Shown: positions 32,061 to 42,748, counted from the stretch's first letter. The stretch: 64,000 bases of DNA from an uncultured Haloferula sp. (GCA_965652295.1 CBFGTS010000006.1:128001-192000); one strand, 5' to 3'. The notes: generated by a model not told the origin, from the letters alone. Program-made: numbers and translations.

Positions 32061-33364
32061 GTGTCGGACTTGCCGTTCTTCTCGTGGCCTTCGTCGTCCT
32101 CCTGCTGCTGGAGGTTCCCGTGGCCTTCGTCATCGGCCTCGCCACCCTGCTCGGTGCGCTGGCGCTGGGGCGCGATGGCAGCCTGGTCTCGCTGGCCAGT
32201 GACATGGCCAACGGTCTCGACAGTTTCCCGCTGCTCGCCATCCCGTTCTTCGTGCTCGCCGGCGAGCTGATGGCCGCCGGCGGTCTCGCCCGGCGTCTCA
32301 TCGACTTCGCCGCCTCCATCGTCGGCCGCATGCCCGGCGGGCTCGCCCTGATCAACACGCTCACCTGCATGCTCTTCGGTGCGGTCTCCGGCTCGGCCAC
32401 CGCCGCCATTTCCTCGATCGGCGGCTCGCTGATCCCGGAGATGGAACGAAAAGGCTACCCGCGGGATTTCAGCGTGGCCCTCACCGCCACCGCCGCCACC
32501 ACCGGCCTGCTCATCCCGCCGAGCAACGTGATGATCGTCTACGCGCTGGTGGCCTCCAACGTCTCCGTCGGCGCGCTGTTCCTCGCAGGCGTCTTCCCCG
32601 GCGTTGTCACCGGCATCGCCCTGATGATCGTTTCCCTGATCGTCAGCCGCGGCTTCCGCAGCGCCTCCGGTGCCGCCGCCCAGCTCGATGAGATTCCGCG
32701 CTTCTGGCGCTCCCTCCTCCGCGCCTTCCCCAGCCTGCTGATGCTCGTGCTGGTGCTGGGCGTCATCTTGACAGGCTTCATGACGCCCACCGAGTCCTCG
32801 GCCATCGCCGTCCTCTGGGCGCTGCTGCTCGTCGCCGTGTTCTACCGGGAAATCAAGTTCTCCGAACTGCCGAAGATCCTCGTCAACTCGGCGCGTACGA
32901 CGGGAATCGTACTCCTGCTCGTCGGCACCAGCGCGGCGATGAGCCGGCTGCTGACCATCGAGCAGGTCCCCCAGCTCGCCGCCGATGCCCTGCTTTCGGT
33001 CTCCGATAATCCGCTGGTCATCCTGCTGCTGATCAACCTCGCCCTGCTGCTGGTCGGCATCTTCATGGACATGACCCCGGCAATCCTGGTTTTCACGCCG
33101 ATCTTCCTCCCGGTCGCGATCGCGATCGACATCAACCCGGTCCACTTCGGCGTGATCATGGTGGCGAACCTGTGCATCGGCCTCTGCACCCCGCCGGTGG
33201 GCACCTGCCTGTTCCTCGGCTGCGGCGTCGGCAAAGCGAAGATCGCCGGCGTCTCGCGGGCGATGATCCCTTTCTACATCGCGATGTTCGCCGCCCTCCT
33301 GCTGATCACCTACTGGGAGTCCCTCTCCCTCTGGCTGCCCCGGTGGCTTGGAGAAATGGAATGA
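32057..33364 (+). CDS. dctM: TRAP transporter large permease
   Basis: FPLLAIPFFVLAGELM, GAVSGSA, IPPS, TPTE, HFGVI, TPPVG. Confidence 0.93.
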   Translation: MSVGLAVLLVAFVVLLLLEVPVAFVIGLATLLGALALGRDGSLVSLASDMANGLDSFPLLAIPFFVLAGELMAAGGLARRLIDFAASIVGRMPGGLALINTLTCMLFGAVSGSATAAISSIGGSLIPEMERKGYPRDFSVALTATAATTGLLIPPSNVMIVYALVASNVSVGALFLAGVFPGVVTGIALMIVSLIVSRGFRSASGAAAQLDEIPRFWRSLLRAFPSLLMLVLVLGVILTGFMTPTESSAIAVLWALLLVAVFYREIKFSELPKILVNSARTTGIVLLLVGTSAAMSRLLTIEQVPQLAADALLSVSDNPLVILLLINLALLLVGIFMDMTPAILVFTPIFLPVAIAIDINPVHFGVIMVANLCIGLCTPPVGTCLFLGCGVGKAKIAGVSRAMIPFYIAMFAALLLITYWESLSLWLPRWLGEME

Positions 33365-33414
33365 TGATGAAGGTTTGACACCCTCCTTCATCCTTCGCTT
33401 TTTCTCCCGTCATC

Positions 33415-34047
33415 ATGTTAGATCGACTGAAACACGCCACCCTCCTTCTCCTCACCACTCTTTCCGTCTCGTGCGTGAGCCTGGTGACGCCCGAACAAGC
33501 CGCCATCGAGGTGAGCGGCGTCAAGCCGGCCAGCGTCGGAGTCACCGTCGCGGACCAGCGGACCCAGGTGTCCGGCGGGTTTCGAAAATCAAGATACTAC
33601 GGCCGCACACGGATGAGCTACGGCATCCCGCAGCCAATCCTCGATCCGAAAATGTCGGTGGCCGATCGGCTCGCTGCGCAACTTGAGGCCGGCTTCCGGA
33701 AAAACGGCGTGGCGGTGCACAAGGTCGCCACGGAGTTCCGGGGTGATCCCGCCTCCGCCATTCGTAGCGCGGGCACCTCTTCGCGTTTCCTAGTGGTGAA
33801 GCTTGAGAACGTGTGGATCGACTTCGCCAACCCGTTGTTCGGCAAGCAATCCATCCTCTACTTCCATGCCACCGCCCAGGTGATGGATGCGGGAGGCAAG
33901 GTCCAGGCTTCGACATCGAAACGCTTCGAGAAGCGCTTCCGCTATGACGTCAACGACTCGTTCTTCAATCAAGCGGTATGGACCTTGCAGCCGGAGTTCG
34001 CCGCCTTGGTGAACCGCCCCGAGATCCGGCGCGCTCTCGCCCGCTGA
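33415..34047 (+). CDS. Hypothetical lipoprotein (possibly YajG-like)
   Basis: Lipobox-like LSVSC; VTVADQR motif. Confidence 0.6.
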   Translation: MLDRLKHATLLLLTTLSVSCVSLVTPEQAAIEVSGVKPASVGVTVADQRTQVSGGFRKSRYYGRTRMSYGIPQPILDPKMSVADRLAAQLEAGFRKNGVAVHKVATEFRGDPASAIRSAGTSSRFLVVKLENVWIDFANPLFGKQSILYFHATAQVMDAGGKVQASTSKRFEKRFRYDVNDSFFNQAVWTLQPEFAALVNRPEIRRALAR

Positions 34048-34127
34048 CCCTCCGCATCTCCTGCCAAGCGCTTGGCGTGACAGACGGCGGGAATGACAGC
34101 CGTCTCGATCCGGGCCAACCTCCCGCC

Positions 34128-35411
34128 ATGGAAACCAGCTGGATGCACCCCAGGGAGGAACTCGTCCGCACGATGGCGCGCATCTACCGCTATCGGATGA
34201 CCACCACCTCGGGCGGGAACCTTTCGGTTCTCGATCCCGATGGCAGCATCTGGATCACGCCCTCGCGCCTCGACAAGGGAAAGCTCCGCCCCTCGGACAT
34301 CGTCCGGGTCACGCCGGACGGTCGCCATGACACGCCCTATCCGCCTTCCTCAGAGTTTCCATTTCACCGCGCGATCTACCGCCGGCGGCCGGACATCAAG
34401 GCGATCGTCCACGCCCATCCGGGTGCCTTGGTGGCCTTCAGCATCTGCCGGCAGATTCCCGATCTCCGGGTCCAGAGCCACGCCTACGACGTCTGCCGTA
34501 GAATCGCCTACGCCGAATACGCCTGCCCTGGCAGCGAGCAGCTCGGCGAGAACATCGCCGATGCCTTCGCCGGTGGGGCGGACTGCGTGATGCTGGAAAA
34601 CCATGGCGTCGTCGTCGGTGGAGCGAGCCTCAAGGACGCCTTCCAACGTTTCGAAACGCTGGAGTTCGTGGCCCGAACCCTGATCAATGCCAGACGTCTC
34701 GGCGAGATCACCACCGTGCCGACCGAGGTCCTGAGGCATCCGCCGCGCGCGGAGTTCGCCACCCTCCCCTCCACCACGATCACCAACCGCGAGAAGGAAC
34801 TCCGCGGAGACCTGTGCGCTTTCGTCCAACGCTCATACGAGCAGCGGCTTCTGATCAGCACCGCCGGGGCGTTCTCGGCGCGGTTGGAAGGCGATGAGTT
34901 CCTCGTCACGCCCCACCGCAGCGACCGCCTCGAACTCGGGCCGGAAAAAATCGTCCGGGCCCGCGGGCATGCCTGCGAGGAAGGCGGCCATCCCTCCCGC
35001 GCCACGCCCTTGATCGCGCGGATCTACGAACGGCACCCGGACATCGGAGCCGTCATCCTCGCCCAACCCGCCGCGGCCAGCGCCTATGCCATGTGCGGCG
35101 CTCCCATTTCCACGCGGACCATTCCGGAGAGTTATGTGGTGCTCCGTGATACCCCGAAGCTTCCTTTCACCTGCATCGTGAACGAAGCGGACGAACTGGC
35201 GGAGGCAATCGATCTGGTTCACTGCCCCACCCTCTTGATTCAAAACGAGGGCGTGCTGGTGGCAGGCAAAGACCTGCTCGACGCCTTCGACCGGCTGGAA
35301 GTGCTGGAAGCCACCGCCGAAGCCCTGCAGCTCGCCCAGCCGCTCGGCCCGCTGGTGCCGATGCCCGAGGCGGCCTTGCAAGAACTCCGCGAGGCCTTCG
35401 GGCTCGCTTGA
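34128..35411 (+). CDS. Class II aldolase/adducin family protein with two tandem domains
   Basis: Domain 1 TTSGGNLS, ITPS, PSSE, VHAHP, LENHG; domain 2 STAGAFS, VTP, PSRA, AFDRLEVLE. Confidence 0.85.
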   Translation: METSWMHPREELVRTMARIYRYRMTTTSGGNLSVLDPDGSIWITPSRLDKGKLRPSDIVRVTPDGRHDTPYPPSSEFPFHRAIYRRRPDIKAIVHAHPGALVAFSICRQIPDLRVQSHAYDVCRRIAYAEYACPGSEQLGENIADAFAGGADCVMLENHGVVVGGASLKDAFQRFETLEFVARTLINARRLGEITTVPTEVLRHPPRAEFATLPSTTITNREKELRGDLCAFVQRSYEQRLLISTAGAFSARLEGDEFLVTPHRSDRLELGPEKIVRARGHACEEGGHPSRATPLIARIYERHPDIGAVILAQPAAASAYAMCGAPISTRTIPESYVVLRDTPKLPFTCIVNEADELAEAIDLVHCPTLLIQNEGVLVAGKDLLDAFDRLEVLEATAEALQLAQPLGPLVPMPEAALQELREAFGLA

Positions 35412-35419
35412 GCCGGTGG

Positions 35420-37960
35420 TCAGCGGATCAGGATCACGTAGTCGAGCGTCCGGCCCGGGATCGCGATCTCCTCGCCGGCCTTCGTCGGCCGGCTCCACAC
35501 CGCCGCATCGGCCAGCCACAGGTCGTGACCGCGCCAAACCGCCGGGGTCTCCGATTTCGTGAAACCGAGGTCCTGGAGATCCTCCGCAAGCCCCGCAGCG
35601 GCTGCGACCTGCGCCGGATCCGGCTCGCGCAGCACGATCGGTGGATAGGTGCCGGTGGCGTGCATGACGAAGACCGTCACGTCCTTCTTCAGCGTGAACG
35701 ACAGATCGGTCTTTCTCTCGGGATCACTGAGGCGTTTCGTGGCGATCCATGATGCGCCTTCGATCATCTCCGGCAACTTGTCGAAGGTGTTGTCCGACGA
35801 TCCATCGACCATGTAATAGAACGGCGACTGCGCCTCGACGGGCCGCTGGATGAAGTGAGCCTTGTTCTCCGGATTGCTGCTCGTCAGTCCTTCCAGCACG
35901 TCGTTCTCCGGGTCGGTCTCCGCCCATTGGTGGATCACCACCGTGTCGCTGAGGCCGTTCGCGTCCCGGGCTTCGATGACATTGCGGCCCGGCTTCAGGG
36001 GTGCGTTCCAGAAAAACACGTGGTTGATCGCCCGTGGTTCGCCTTTCCAGCCATCGGGATACGTGGCGGCCGGTTGGCGGTAGTCCCCGTTCCGCCGTTT
36101 CCCCTGGCTCTCGCCATTGACGATCAGCTCCACCCAATCGGCATTGGAGAAAACCTTGGTGCCATTGTCCGGCGCGAACCAACGGTAAAAATGTCCGCGG
36201 CTGGTGATGCGCAGCAGCGGCTCCTCCGGGCGGAAGAAGGCCTTGTGGAGATAGTAGAGGTCCTTCGGCGTCCCGGCCAGGGTGATCATCCCCTTGGTGT
36301 TCCGGTTGTTCTTGAACTTGCGGTCGTAGAATTCCCGGAAGTTCCACCACAGATACATTTTATGGCCGGACGGATTGTCGCGAAAGACCGTCTGAAGGCG
36401 ATATTCGGTGTAGAGATTGCCGTATTCCATCGGCTCGAACTTGTTGACGTCCCACCGCGCCTCGTCCTGCGGGATGTGCTGGCTGACCCAGGTGCCCGCG
36501 CCGGTTTCTGACACGTAGCGGTTGCGCGGAAGCTCGCTGAAACCAGTGAAGTGTCCGCCATACCACCCCTGATACGTGTTTCCCGCGATGAAATCGACGG
36601 TGTCGGGACGGTCCTCGTGCGCGGAGGCGTAGGTCACCAGGCGGCTGGTGTCGTTCTCCCGGATCACGTCGGCATAGTGGGCGGCGACTTTCTCGTAAGT
36701 CTCGTTCCCGCTGCTCCAGAAGATGATGGAAGGGTGGTTCCAGTTCTGGAATACCATTTCCCGGGTGATCCGCTCGCCATCGGCGGTGGGTGTCCGCTCG
36801 CCGCTGTCGCGTTTCACCTCGTGCTGCCAGAGTTGCCCGGCAAGGCCGTTCTCCGCCCACACCGCGATGCCGCGGCGGTCCGCCTCGTGGTATTCGAACC
36901 GACGGTGCGGATAGTGGGCGAGGCGGACGGCGTTGATTCCCAGCTCGTCGAGCATCTGCCACTCGTTCGCCAGCTCTTCCTCCGGGATGGCGTTCCACTC
37001 CTGTTCGGTCTGCTGGTGCTTGTTGACACCGCGGACGAGCAGTTCCTCTCCATTGAGCAGGAACTTGCCGTCCTTGATGGCAATGGTCCGGAAACCGGTG
37101 GCGTCGGAGATCTCATCCATGGGTACGCCATCGACCGTCAACGTGCTGGTCACCTTGTAGAGGTGGGGCTGCCGGATCCCCCAAAGCTCGGGGTCCGGAA
37201 CCATGACGTCGGTCTCCAGCACCGATGCGGCACCCGCCGGGATCGTGCCGATCACAGTGGCTTCCACGACCCGATCGCCGTCAGGACCCTCCACGACGTG
37301 GCGGCAGGCGACTTCGGCATCGCGATCAAGCGTGTTGCGGACGTGGGCCTTGATCGCAAGCGTGGCACCCTCATCGGAAATGTCTTTCGCCGTCAGGAAA
37401 AGACCGCTGGAACCCATGTAAGGATCGAAGCAGGCCTTTCCCGTTTCGATCAGATGAACCGGCCGGTAAAGACCGCCGTTGGTCACATAGAGGGTGGAAT
37501 GGGAAAGGCAGTCGCGCGCTTCGAGATCCCCGTTGCTGATCCGGATGGCCACGGTGTTGTCGCCGTCCTTGAGCAAATCGGTCAGGTCGAACACCGCTGC
37601 GGTGAATGCTCCGCGATGGCGGCCCGCCTTGCGGCCGTTCGCATAGACATCCGCCACCGAGGCCGCGCCCTCGAGATGCAGGAAATAGCGGCGGTCCTGA
37701 CCCTCGCGGGCGATCACCGTGCGATACCAGCCAGCGGCTCCGTCCTCGACGCCGCTTTGGCGGAAAACGTGGGGCACCCGCACCTCCCGCCACCCCTCCG
37801 TCGGTAGCGACGCAGCCGCATCGTCCGCCGGAGCCTCCGTGGTGGAGCCCGGCTTGGTTTCGTGAAACTGCCAGCTGTCGAGAGTCAGAACTTTTCGAAC
37901 GGGCTCGGCCTCACTGGAGGCGATGGCGAGGAGAAGGACGGCAAGGCGGTAAAGGGTCAT
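35420..37960 (-). CDS. GH2 glycoside hydrolase (beta-galactosidase/glucuronidase-like), secreted
   Basis: GWYR, GGLYRPV, TGFR, RGVNKHQ, NAVRLAHYP, NHPSIIFWSSGNE, VSETGA. Confidence 0.9.
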   Translation of the reverse strand: MTLYRLAVLLLAIASSEAEPVRKVLTLDSWQFHETKPGSTTEAPADDAAASLPTEGWREVRVPHVFRQSGVEDGAAGWYRTVIAREGQDRRYFLHLEGAASVADVYANGRKAGRHRGAFTAAVFDLTDLLKDGDNTVAIRISNGDLEARDCLSHSTLYVTNGGLYRPVHLIETGKACFDPYMGSSGLFLTAKDISDEGATLAIKAHVRNTLDRDAEVACRHVVEGPDGDRVVEATVIGTIPAGAASVLETDVMVPDPELWGIRQPHLYKVTSTLTVDGVPMDEISDATGFRTIAIKDGKFLLNGEELLVRGVNKHQQTEQEWNAIPEEELANEWQMLDELGINAVRLAHYPHRRFEYHEADRRGIAVWAENGLAGQLWQHEVKRDSGERTPTADGERITREMVFQNWNHPSIIFWSSGNETYEKVAAHYADVIRENDTSRLVTYASAHEDRPDTVDFIAGNTYQGWYGGHFTGFSELPRNRYVSETGAGTWVSQHIPQDEARWDVNKFEPMEYGNLYTEYRLQTVFRDNPSGHKMYLWWNFREFYDRKFKNNRNTKGMITLAGTPKDLYYLHKAFFRPEEPLLRITSRGHFYRWFAPDNGTKVFSNADWVELIVNGESQGKRRNGDYRQPAATYPDGWKGEPRAINHVFFWNAPLKPGRNVIEARDANGLSDTVVIHQWAETDPENDVLEGLTSSNPENKAHFIQRPVEAQSPFYYMVDGSSDNTFDKLPEMIEGASWIATKRLSDPERKTDLSFTLKKDVTVFVMHATGTYPPIVLREPDPAQVAAAAGLAEDLQDLGFTKSETPAVWRGHDLWLADAAVWSRPTKAGEEIAIPGRTLDYVILIR

Positions 37961-38066
37961 GGGAGTTCGGGTGACGGCGCAAGCCTACCCCGCGCCGCCC
38001 GCAGGGTCACTCCTCCGAAGGGAGGGCTGACGGAATACGTCCCGGCTCCGGCCGGGAACGGCCGCG

Positions 38067-38324
38067 TCAGTAGCGGCGACGCTTGTCCTTCTCGTTCCCG
38101 ACCGCATAGCCGGTCCCTGCACCCAGCGCGGCACCGACGGCGGCACCCTCGGCGGTGTGGCCCGACTGGTGACCGATAATACCGCCCGCAGCGGCACCGA
38201 TCGCGGCACCCGTCGCCGCATCACGTTGGGCGTGCGAGTAACCGGGCCCGCAACTCGTCAAACCGAGCCCTGCGATGGAGACCGAGAGGCAAAGGGCGAG
38301 GCGAAGTGGTTTTTTGGTTTTCAT
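38067..38324 (-). CDS. Glycine-zipper lipoprotein
   Basis: Lipobox LTSC; GAAIGAAAGGIIG..GAAVGAALGAGTG. Confidence 0.8.
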   Translation of the reverse strand: MKTKKPLRLALCLSVSIAGLGLTSCGPGYSHAQRDAATGAAIGAAAGGIIGHQSGHTAEGAAVGAALGAGTGYAVGNEKDKRRRY

Positions 38325-38583
38325 AACGTCCATTCCCCACGCCCGTCGCGTGCCACCCCGGCCGAGGCACCGGGAAGACTGGAACCGTCGGCCTCCCGAG
38401 CGGAGGCGTGCTCCGAGGGTCTCCCGCCCGGATTGCAAATCCCTTTGGTTTTCGTGCGATTAGCACCCCCGAACCGCCCGAAACCCACGAAAACTCAGGC
38501 GCGGAGACACGGAACGGCGTCTGCGAACAGCGCCAGCGACCGAACATCCCGTTCGAGACGAACCCCAAACACCATCATATCTC

Positions 38584-39333
38584 ATGAAACCCACTGTCAC
38601 TCGCCATACCCTGCTGGCCGCCGGCTTCTCGCTCGGCCTCGTCACACTGCCCGCCATGGCCGCCGACGCGGAAATGGAGAGCACCCGCCAGACCCCACAG
38701 CAGAACCAGCAACAGGACGCCCGGCCTGAGTCCCAGCCCGCCACGGGTGAAACCGCCATGCGGGCCAACGCCATGGAGGACAATCGCGAGGATCAGCAGA
38801 TGGCTGCCGACGCAAAGAAAGATAAGGCGCCATCCCTCGCTGAAACGCAGGAGCTGATCGCAGCGATCCAGCCGGTGAACAGCTCGAACGTCCGCGGCAG
38901 CGTGCTTTTCGAGAAAGTCTCCGGCGGCGTGAAGGTCACCGCCAAGGTCGGTGGACTGGAGCCGAACTCGAAGCACGGCATCCACATCCACCAGTATGGC
39001 GACATCACCGCCGATGATGGCACCAGCGCCGGTGGGCACTACAACCCGGACGGCCACGAACACGCCCTCCCGTCCGAGTCACGACGCCATGCCGGCGACT
39101 TCGGGAATCTGGAGGCGGACGCCGATGGCAACGCCACGCTGGAACTCACCGTCGACAACATCAGTCTCACCGGTGACAAGAACCCGATTGTCGGCCGTGC
39201 GGTCATCATCCACGCCCAGAGGGATGACGGCAGCCAGCCTTCGGGCAACGCGGGCGATCGGATCGGAGCCGGAGTCATCGGCATCGGCTCCGCCGAGCCC
39301 GAGCCGGGGGACGAAAGCGCGATGGCGGAATAA
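38584..39333 (+). CDS. sodC: Cu/Zn superoxide dismutase, exported
   Basis: HGIHIH, SAGGHYNP, RHAGDFGN, AVIIHA..DD..QPSGNAGDR; signal peptide plus low-complexity linker. Confidence 0.93.
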   Translation: MKPTVTRHTLLAAGFSLGLVTLPAMAADAEMESTRQTPQQNQQQDARPESQPATGETAMRANAMEDNREDQQMAADAKKDKAPSLAETQELIAAIQPVNSSNVRGSVLFEKVSGGVKVTAKVGGLEPNSKHGIHIHQYGDITADDGTSAGGHYNPDGHEHALPSESRRHAGDFGNLEADADGNATLELTVDNISLTGDKNPIVGRAVIIHAQRDDGSQPSGNAGDRIGAGVIGIGSAEPEPGDESAMAE

Positions 39334-39344
39334 GCCATCCTCTC

Positions 39345-39372
39345 AAGGCCGGCCCGTCCCAAGGCCGGCCTT
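39345..39372 (+). terminator. Hairpin after sodC
   Basis: AAGGCCGGCC-CGTCCCAA-GGCCGGCCTT. Confidence 0.55.
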
Positions 39373-39412
39373 CCGCAGCGGCCCTCCCCCGCCGAGCACC
39401 TCTCCAACGACC

Positions 39413-39895
39413 ATGATCCAGAACATTGAGGAACTGTATTTCAACAGATTAAGGGACCTCTACAGCGCGGAAGACCAGCTCTCCAACGCCCTTCCCAGAC
39501 TGATGATCGAGTCGTCCTGCAACGAGTTAAGGACGGCCTTCGGCGACCACCTGGAGGAAACCGAGCGACAGAAAGCACGGCTGGAACGGTTGTGTGCCCG
39601 ACACCTCATCTCGCCCGGCGGAGAGAGCTGCGAATCGATCCGCGGGATGATCCGCGAGGCCGAAAAGCACGTTCTTTCCTCGGCCTCCGGCGAAGTGCGG
39701 GACGCGCTGCTGGTCGTCTCGATGGTCCAGTTCGAGCATTACGAGGTCGCCGCCTACCGCATGGCGAAACGGTTCGCGGAAATCCTCGGCTTTCATGACG
39801 ATGCCGAGCTTCTCAGCGAGTCGCTATCCGAGGAATGCCGGGCCGACGAAGAAGCGGCGATCCTCGCACGCGACGGCATTTTCTCCGAAACCTGA
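39413..39895 (+). CDS. Ferritin-like DUF892 (YciE/YciF) protein
   Basis: LRDLYSAEDQ, HLEET, EHYEVAAY; start ATG 39413. Confidence 0.85.
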   Translation: MIQNIEELYFNRLRDLYSAEDQLSNALPRLMIESSCNELRTAFGDHLEETERQKARLERLCARHLISPGGESCESIRGMIREAEKHVLSSASGEVRDALLVVSMVQFEHYEVAAYRMAKRFAEILGFHDDAELLSESLSEECRADEEAAILARDGIFSET

Positions 39896-39981
39896 ACCGT
39901 CATCCGTCACTTGAGGGCGAAACTCTGGTGCGCCGGAAATGTTCTTCCCGCGGGATACCCTGCTGTTAGCCTTTTCCGCGA

Positions 39982-41040
39982 ATGGACGCCGCCCTCCTCG
40001 ACCTCCTCTCGACCGCCTTCACAGGCGGTGCCAGTGATGTATTTCTCGCCGAGGGCGAAAAACCGCGGGTCCGCCAGGATGGCGAGGTCATCCTGGCGCA
40101 CGGCGAGCCACAGACCCGCGAGCAGATTGCGGCGCTCTGGCAGGCTTGCGGGATCGATCCCGAAACGGCGGACGATGGCGACGCCAGCATGGCCGTGCCA
40201 GGCATCGGCCGGCTGCGACTGAACGCCTACCGGACCCTCGGCCGCCTGGCCGTGGTCATGCGTCCGATCAAGAGCGAAGTCCCGAGCTTCGACGATCTCG
40301 GCCTGCCCGGCGATGTCCTGAGTCGCTGGATCGAGCGGCGCTCGGGCCTGATCCTCGTCTGCGGCCCAACCGGCTCGGGCAAGTCGACGACGGTCGCCGC
40401 CTGCCTGGAGTGGATCAACCGTCACCACCCGCGGCACGTGGTGACCTTGGAGGATCCCATCGAGTATCTCTTCACCAACCGCCGCTCGTATTTCTCGCAG
40501 CGGGAAATCGAGCGCGACACGGGCGACTTCAACCATGCCCTGCGCCAGGCGCTCCGGCAGAACCCGGACGTCATTTTCTTCGGCGAGATCCGCGATGCCG
40601 GCTCCGCGCTCTCCGCGCTGCGGGCCGCTGAGACCGGCCACCTGGTGATTTCCACCCTGCATGCCGCCGGGGTCTCCGGGGTGCCCGTGGCGATCGATCG
40701 CCTCACCCGCATGCTCGGTTCCGCCATGGCCGGGACCTCTTACCTTCTCGCCACCCAATTGATCGGAGTGATGGCCCAGCAACTCCTGCCGCGCCTCGAT
40801 GGCGGGCTGGTGCCGATGCTGGAGTACTTCGAGAATGTCGCCGTAACCCGCAGATGGATCGGCGAAGGAGATGTGTCCGAGCTGCGCGACCACGTCGACC
40901 GCGGCGACATGCGAACCGCCTGCCCGTTTCTCCGCTATCTCGTCGCCGCCACGCGCCAGAACATCATTTCGGCGGACGTCGCCCGGGCCGCCTGCGACCG
41001 GCCGCAGGACTTCGACCGGGCCATGCGCGGCATCTCCTGA
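39982..41040 (+). CDS. PilT/PilU-family ATPase
   Basis: ASD, GPTGSGKST, TLEDPIE, LRQNPD, GEIRD, ETGHLVISTLH. Confidence 0.88.
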   Translation: MDAALLDLLSTAFTGGASDVFLAEGEKPRVRQDGEVILAHGEPQTREQIAALWQACGIDPETADDGDASMAVPGIGRLRLNAYRTLGRLAVVMRPIKSEVPSFDDLGLPGDVLSRWIERRSGLILVCGPTGSGKSTTVAACLEWINRHHPRHVVTLEDPIEYLFTNRRSYFSQREIERDTGDFNHALRQALRQNPDVIFFGEIRDAGSALSALRAAETGHLVISTLHAAGVSGVPVAIDRLTRMLGSAMAGTSYLLATQLIGVMAQQLLPRLDGGLVPMLEYFENVAVTRRWIGEGDVSELRDHVDRGDMRTACPFLRYLVAATRQNIISADVARAACDRPQDFDRAMRGIS

Positions 41041-41051
41041 CCCATCGATCC

Positions 41052-42104
41052 ATGAGCGAACCCAAGGAAATCACCGACTACCTCCGCCAGACCGTCGAGC
41101 TGGGGGGATCCGACCTCCACCTCTCTGCTTGGGCCCCGCCCGCCGCACGCGTGTCCGGCCGCATGGTGCCGCTCGAGGAGTTTCTTTTCGATCCCGAGAC
41201 GGTCGCTTCGGTCATCGATCAGTCCCTCACCGAGAAACAACGGGCCGACCTCGAGGCGGACCTCGAACTCGACTACGCCCTGCACATCGAAAACATCGGC
41301 CGTTTCCGCGGCAACGTCCACGTCGTCCGGGGTAGCCACGAGGCCGCGTTCCGCTTCATCCCCGAGGAAATCCCCGAACTCGACAACCTCGGCCACCACT
41401 CGACCGTCGCGGATCTCTGCAACCTGCGACGTGGCTTGGTCCTCGTCACCGGCATCACCGGGTCCGGAAAAACCACCACCCTCGCCGCCATGATCCGGCG
41501 CATTTCGGAAACCCGCTCCGGAGTGATCATCACCATCGAGGATCCCATCGAGTACCTCTTTTCCCACAACTCCTCGCTCATCAAGCAACGCGAACTCGGC
41601 CGGGATACCAAGAGCTTCTCCACCGCCCTGCGGCAGGCGCTCCGGCAGGATCCCGACGTCATCGTGGTCTCCGAGCTGCGCGATCTGGAAACCATCCGCA
41701 TCGCCCTCACCGCGGCGGAAACCGGGCACCTCGTGCTCGCCACGCTGCACACGGTCGATGCGCCGCAGACGATCGACCGCCTCGTCGATGTCTTCCCGCC
41801 CGAGCAGCAGCAGCAGATCGTCACCCAGCTCGCCGGAGTGCTCGAAGGCATCGTCTCCCAGCGGCTCATTCCGCGCGCCGACAACCAGGGTCGCGTGCTC
41901 GCCTCCGAGGTGCTGCGCGCGAATCACGGCATCCGCGCCTGCATCCGCGAGCGCAAGGTGGAGCAACTCGTGGGCCTCATGGAAATCTCCTCCCGGGAAG
42001 GCAACCGGACCATCGACCAGTCGATCAAGGCGCGCCTCGACCAAGGCTACATCACCCTCGAAGAGGCGCTCTTCCACGCACGCGAGCCGCGGAACTTCAT
42101 CTGA
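41052..42104 (+). CDS. pilT: Type IV pilus retraction ATPase
   Basis: GSDLHL, GITGSGKTT, TIEDPIE, LRQDPDVI, ETGHLVLATLHT, GIRACIRE. Confidence 0.85.
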   Translation: MSEPKEITDYLRQTVELGGSDLHLSAWAPPAARVSGRMVPLEEFLFDPETVASVIDQSLTEKQRADLEADLELDYALHIENIGRFRGNVHVVRGSHEAAFRFIPEEIPELDNLGHHSTVADLCNLRRGLVLVTGITGSGKTTTLAAMIRRISETRSGVIITIEDPIEYLFSHNSSLIKQRELGRDTKSFSTALRQALRQDPDVIVVSELRDLETIRIALTAAETGHLVLATLHTVDAPQTIDRLVDVFPPEQQQQIVTQLAGVLEGIVSQRLIPRADNQGRVLASEVLRANHGIRACIRERKVEQLVGLMEISSREGNRTIDQSIKARLDQGYITLEEALFHAREPRNFI

Positions 42105-42371
42105 TCACCGGCCCGGCCACTTCCCATTTTTCGGAATCGGCAGCTTCTTGAGCCAGCGGCGCGACCACTCGAACTCGATCGCCAGAATCCCCAGCCCGGC
42201 CGGAATCACGATCAACGCCGGCCCGGGCAACACGAGCAACGCCAGGCCGATCAGCAGCACCGTGCCGCCGAGAAGGAACACAACCGCCCGCCGAATCCGT
42301 GCGGCCGCGGCGTTGTCGTGCCGAGACGAGCCGTCCTCGTCCTGCGCGGAGGATGGTCCGTCCTCATTCAT
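42105..42371 (-). CDS. Small membrane protein, PGPGW-like
   Basis: LLVLPGPALIVIPAGLGILAIEFEW. Confidence 0.8.
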   Translation of the reverse strand: MNEDGPSSAQDEDGSSRHDNAAAARIRRAVVFLLGGTVLLIGLALLVLPGPALIVIPAGLGILAIEFEWSRRWLKKLPIPKNGKWPGR

Positions 42372-42726
42372 CGCCCTGCACCCAGGTTTGCGCGGCCAGG
42401 CGATCTTCGGCAGAAAAATACCGGACCTCCGCCGTGGTGAACGGTTTCATCAGCTTCGTCATCCACTCCTCCCAGCGCTTCTCCCCGACCATCGCGATGC
42501 GGGTGAAATCACCGGCATGGCGGACATCGAAACCCACGTCCTTGCCGAAGCCCTCGACCGTCCACCCCTTGAGATCCTCCATTTCCCAATACAGGCGGAT
42601 CTTCCCGTGGTGTTCGATCCGCGTTTCGAGCATCGGCAGGATCATCTCGTAGTCCGTCTCATCGAGCTTGCCGGAAACGCGGAGCGCGACCAGATCGGAG
42701 CGGGTTTCTGGAAGGACTTCGTGCAT
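42364..42726 (-). CDS. SpoIIAA-like (STAS/SEC14) protein
   Basis: VSGKLDETDY, FTRIAMVGEKRW, EVRYF. Confidence 0.85.
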   Translation of the reverse strand: MHEVLPETRSDLVALRVSGKLDETDYEMILPMLETRIEHHGKIRLYWEMEDLKGWTVEGFGKDVGFDVRHAGDFTRIAMVGEKRWEEWMTKLMKPFTTAEVRYFSAEDRLAAQTWVQGDE

Positions 42727-42748
42727 CGCGGGAGATCATCAAAGGGGT

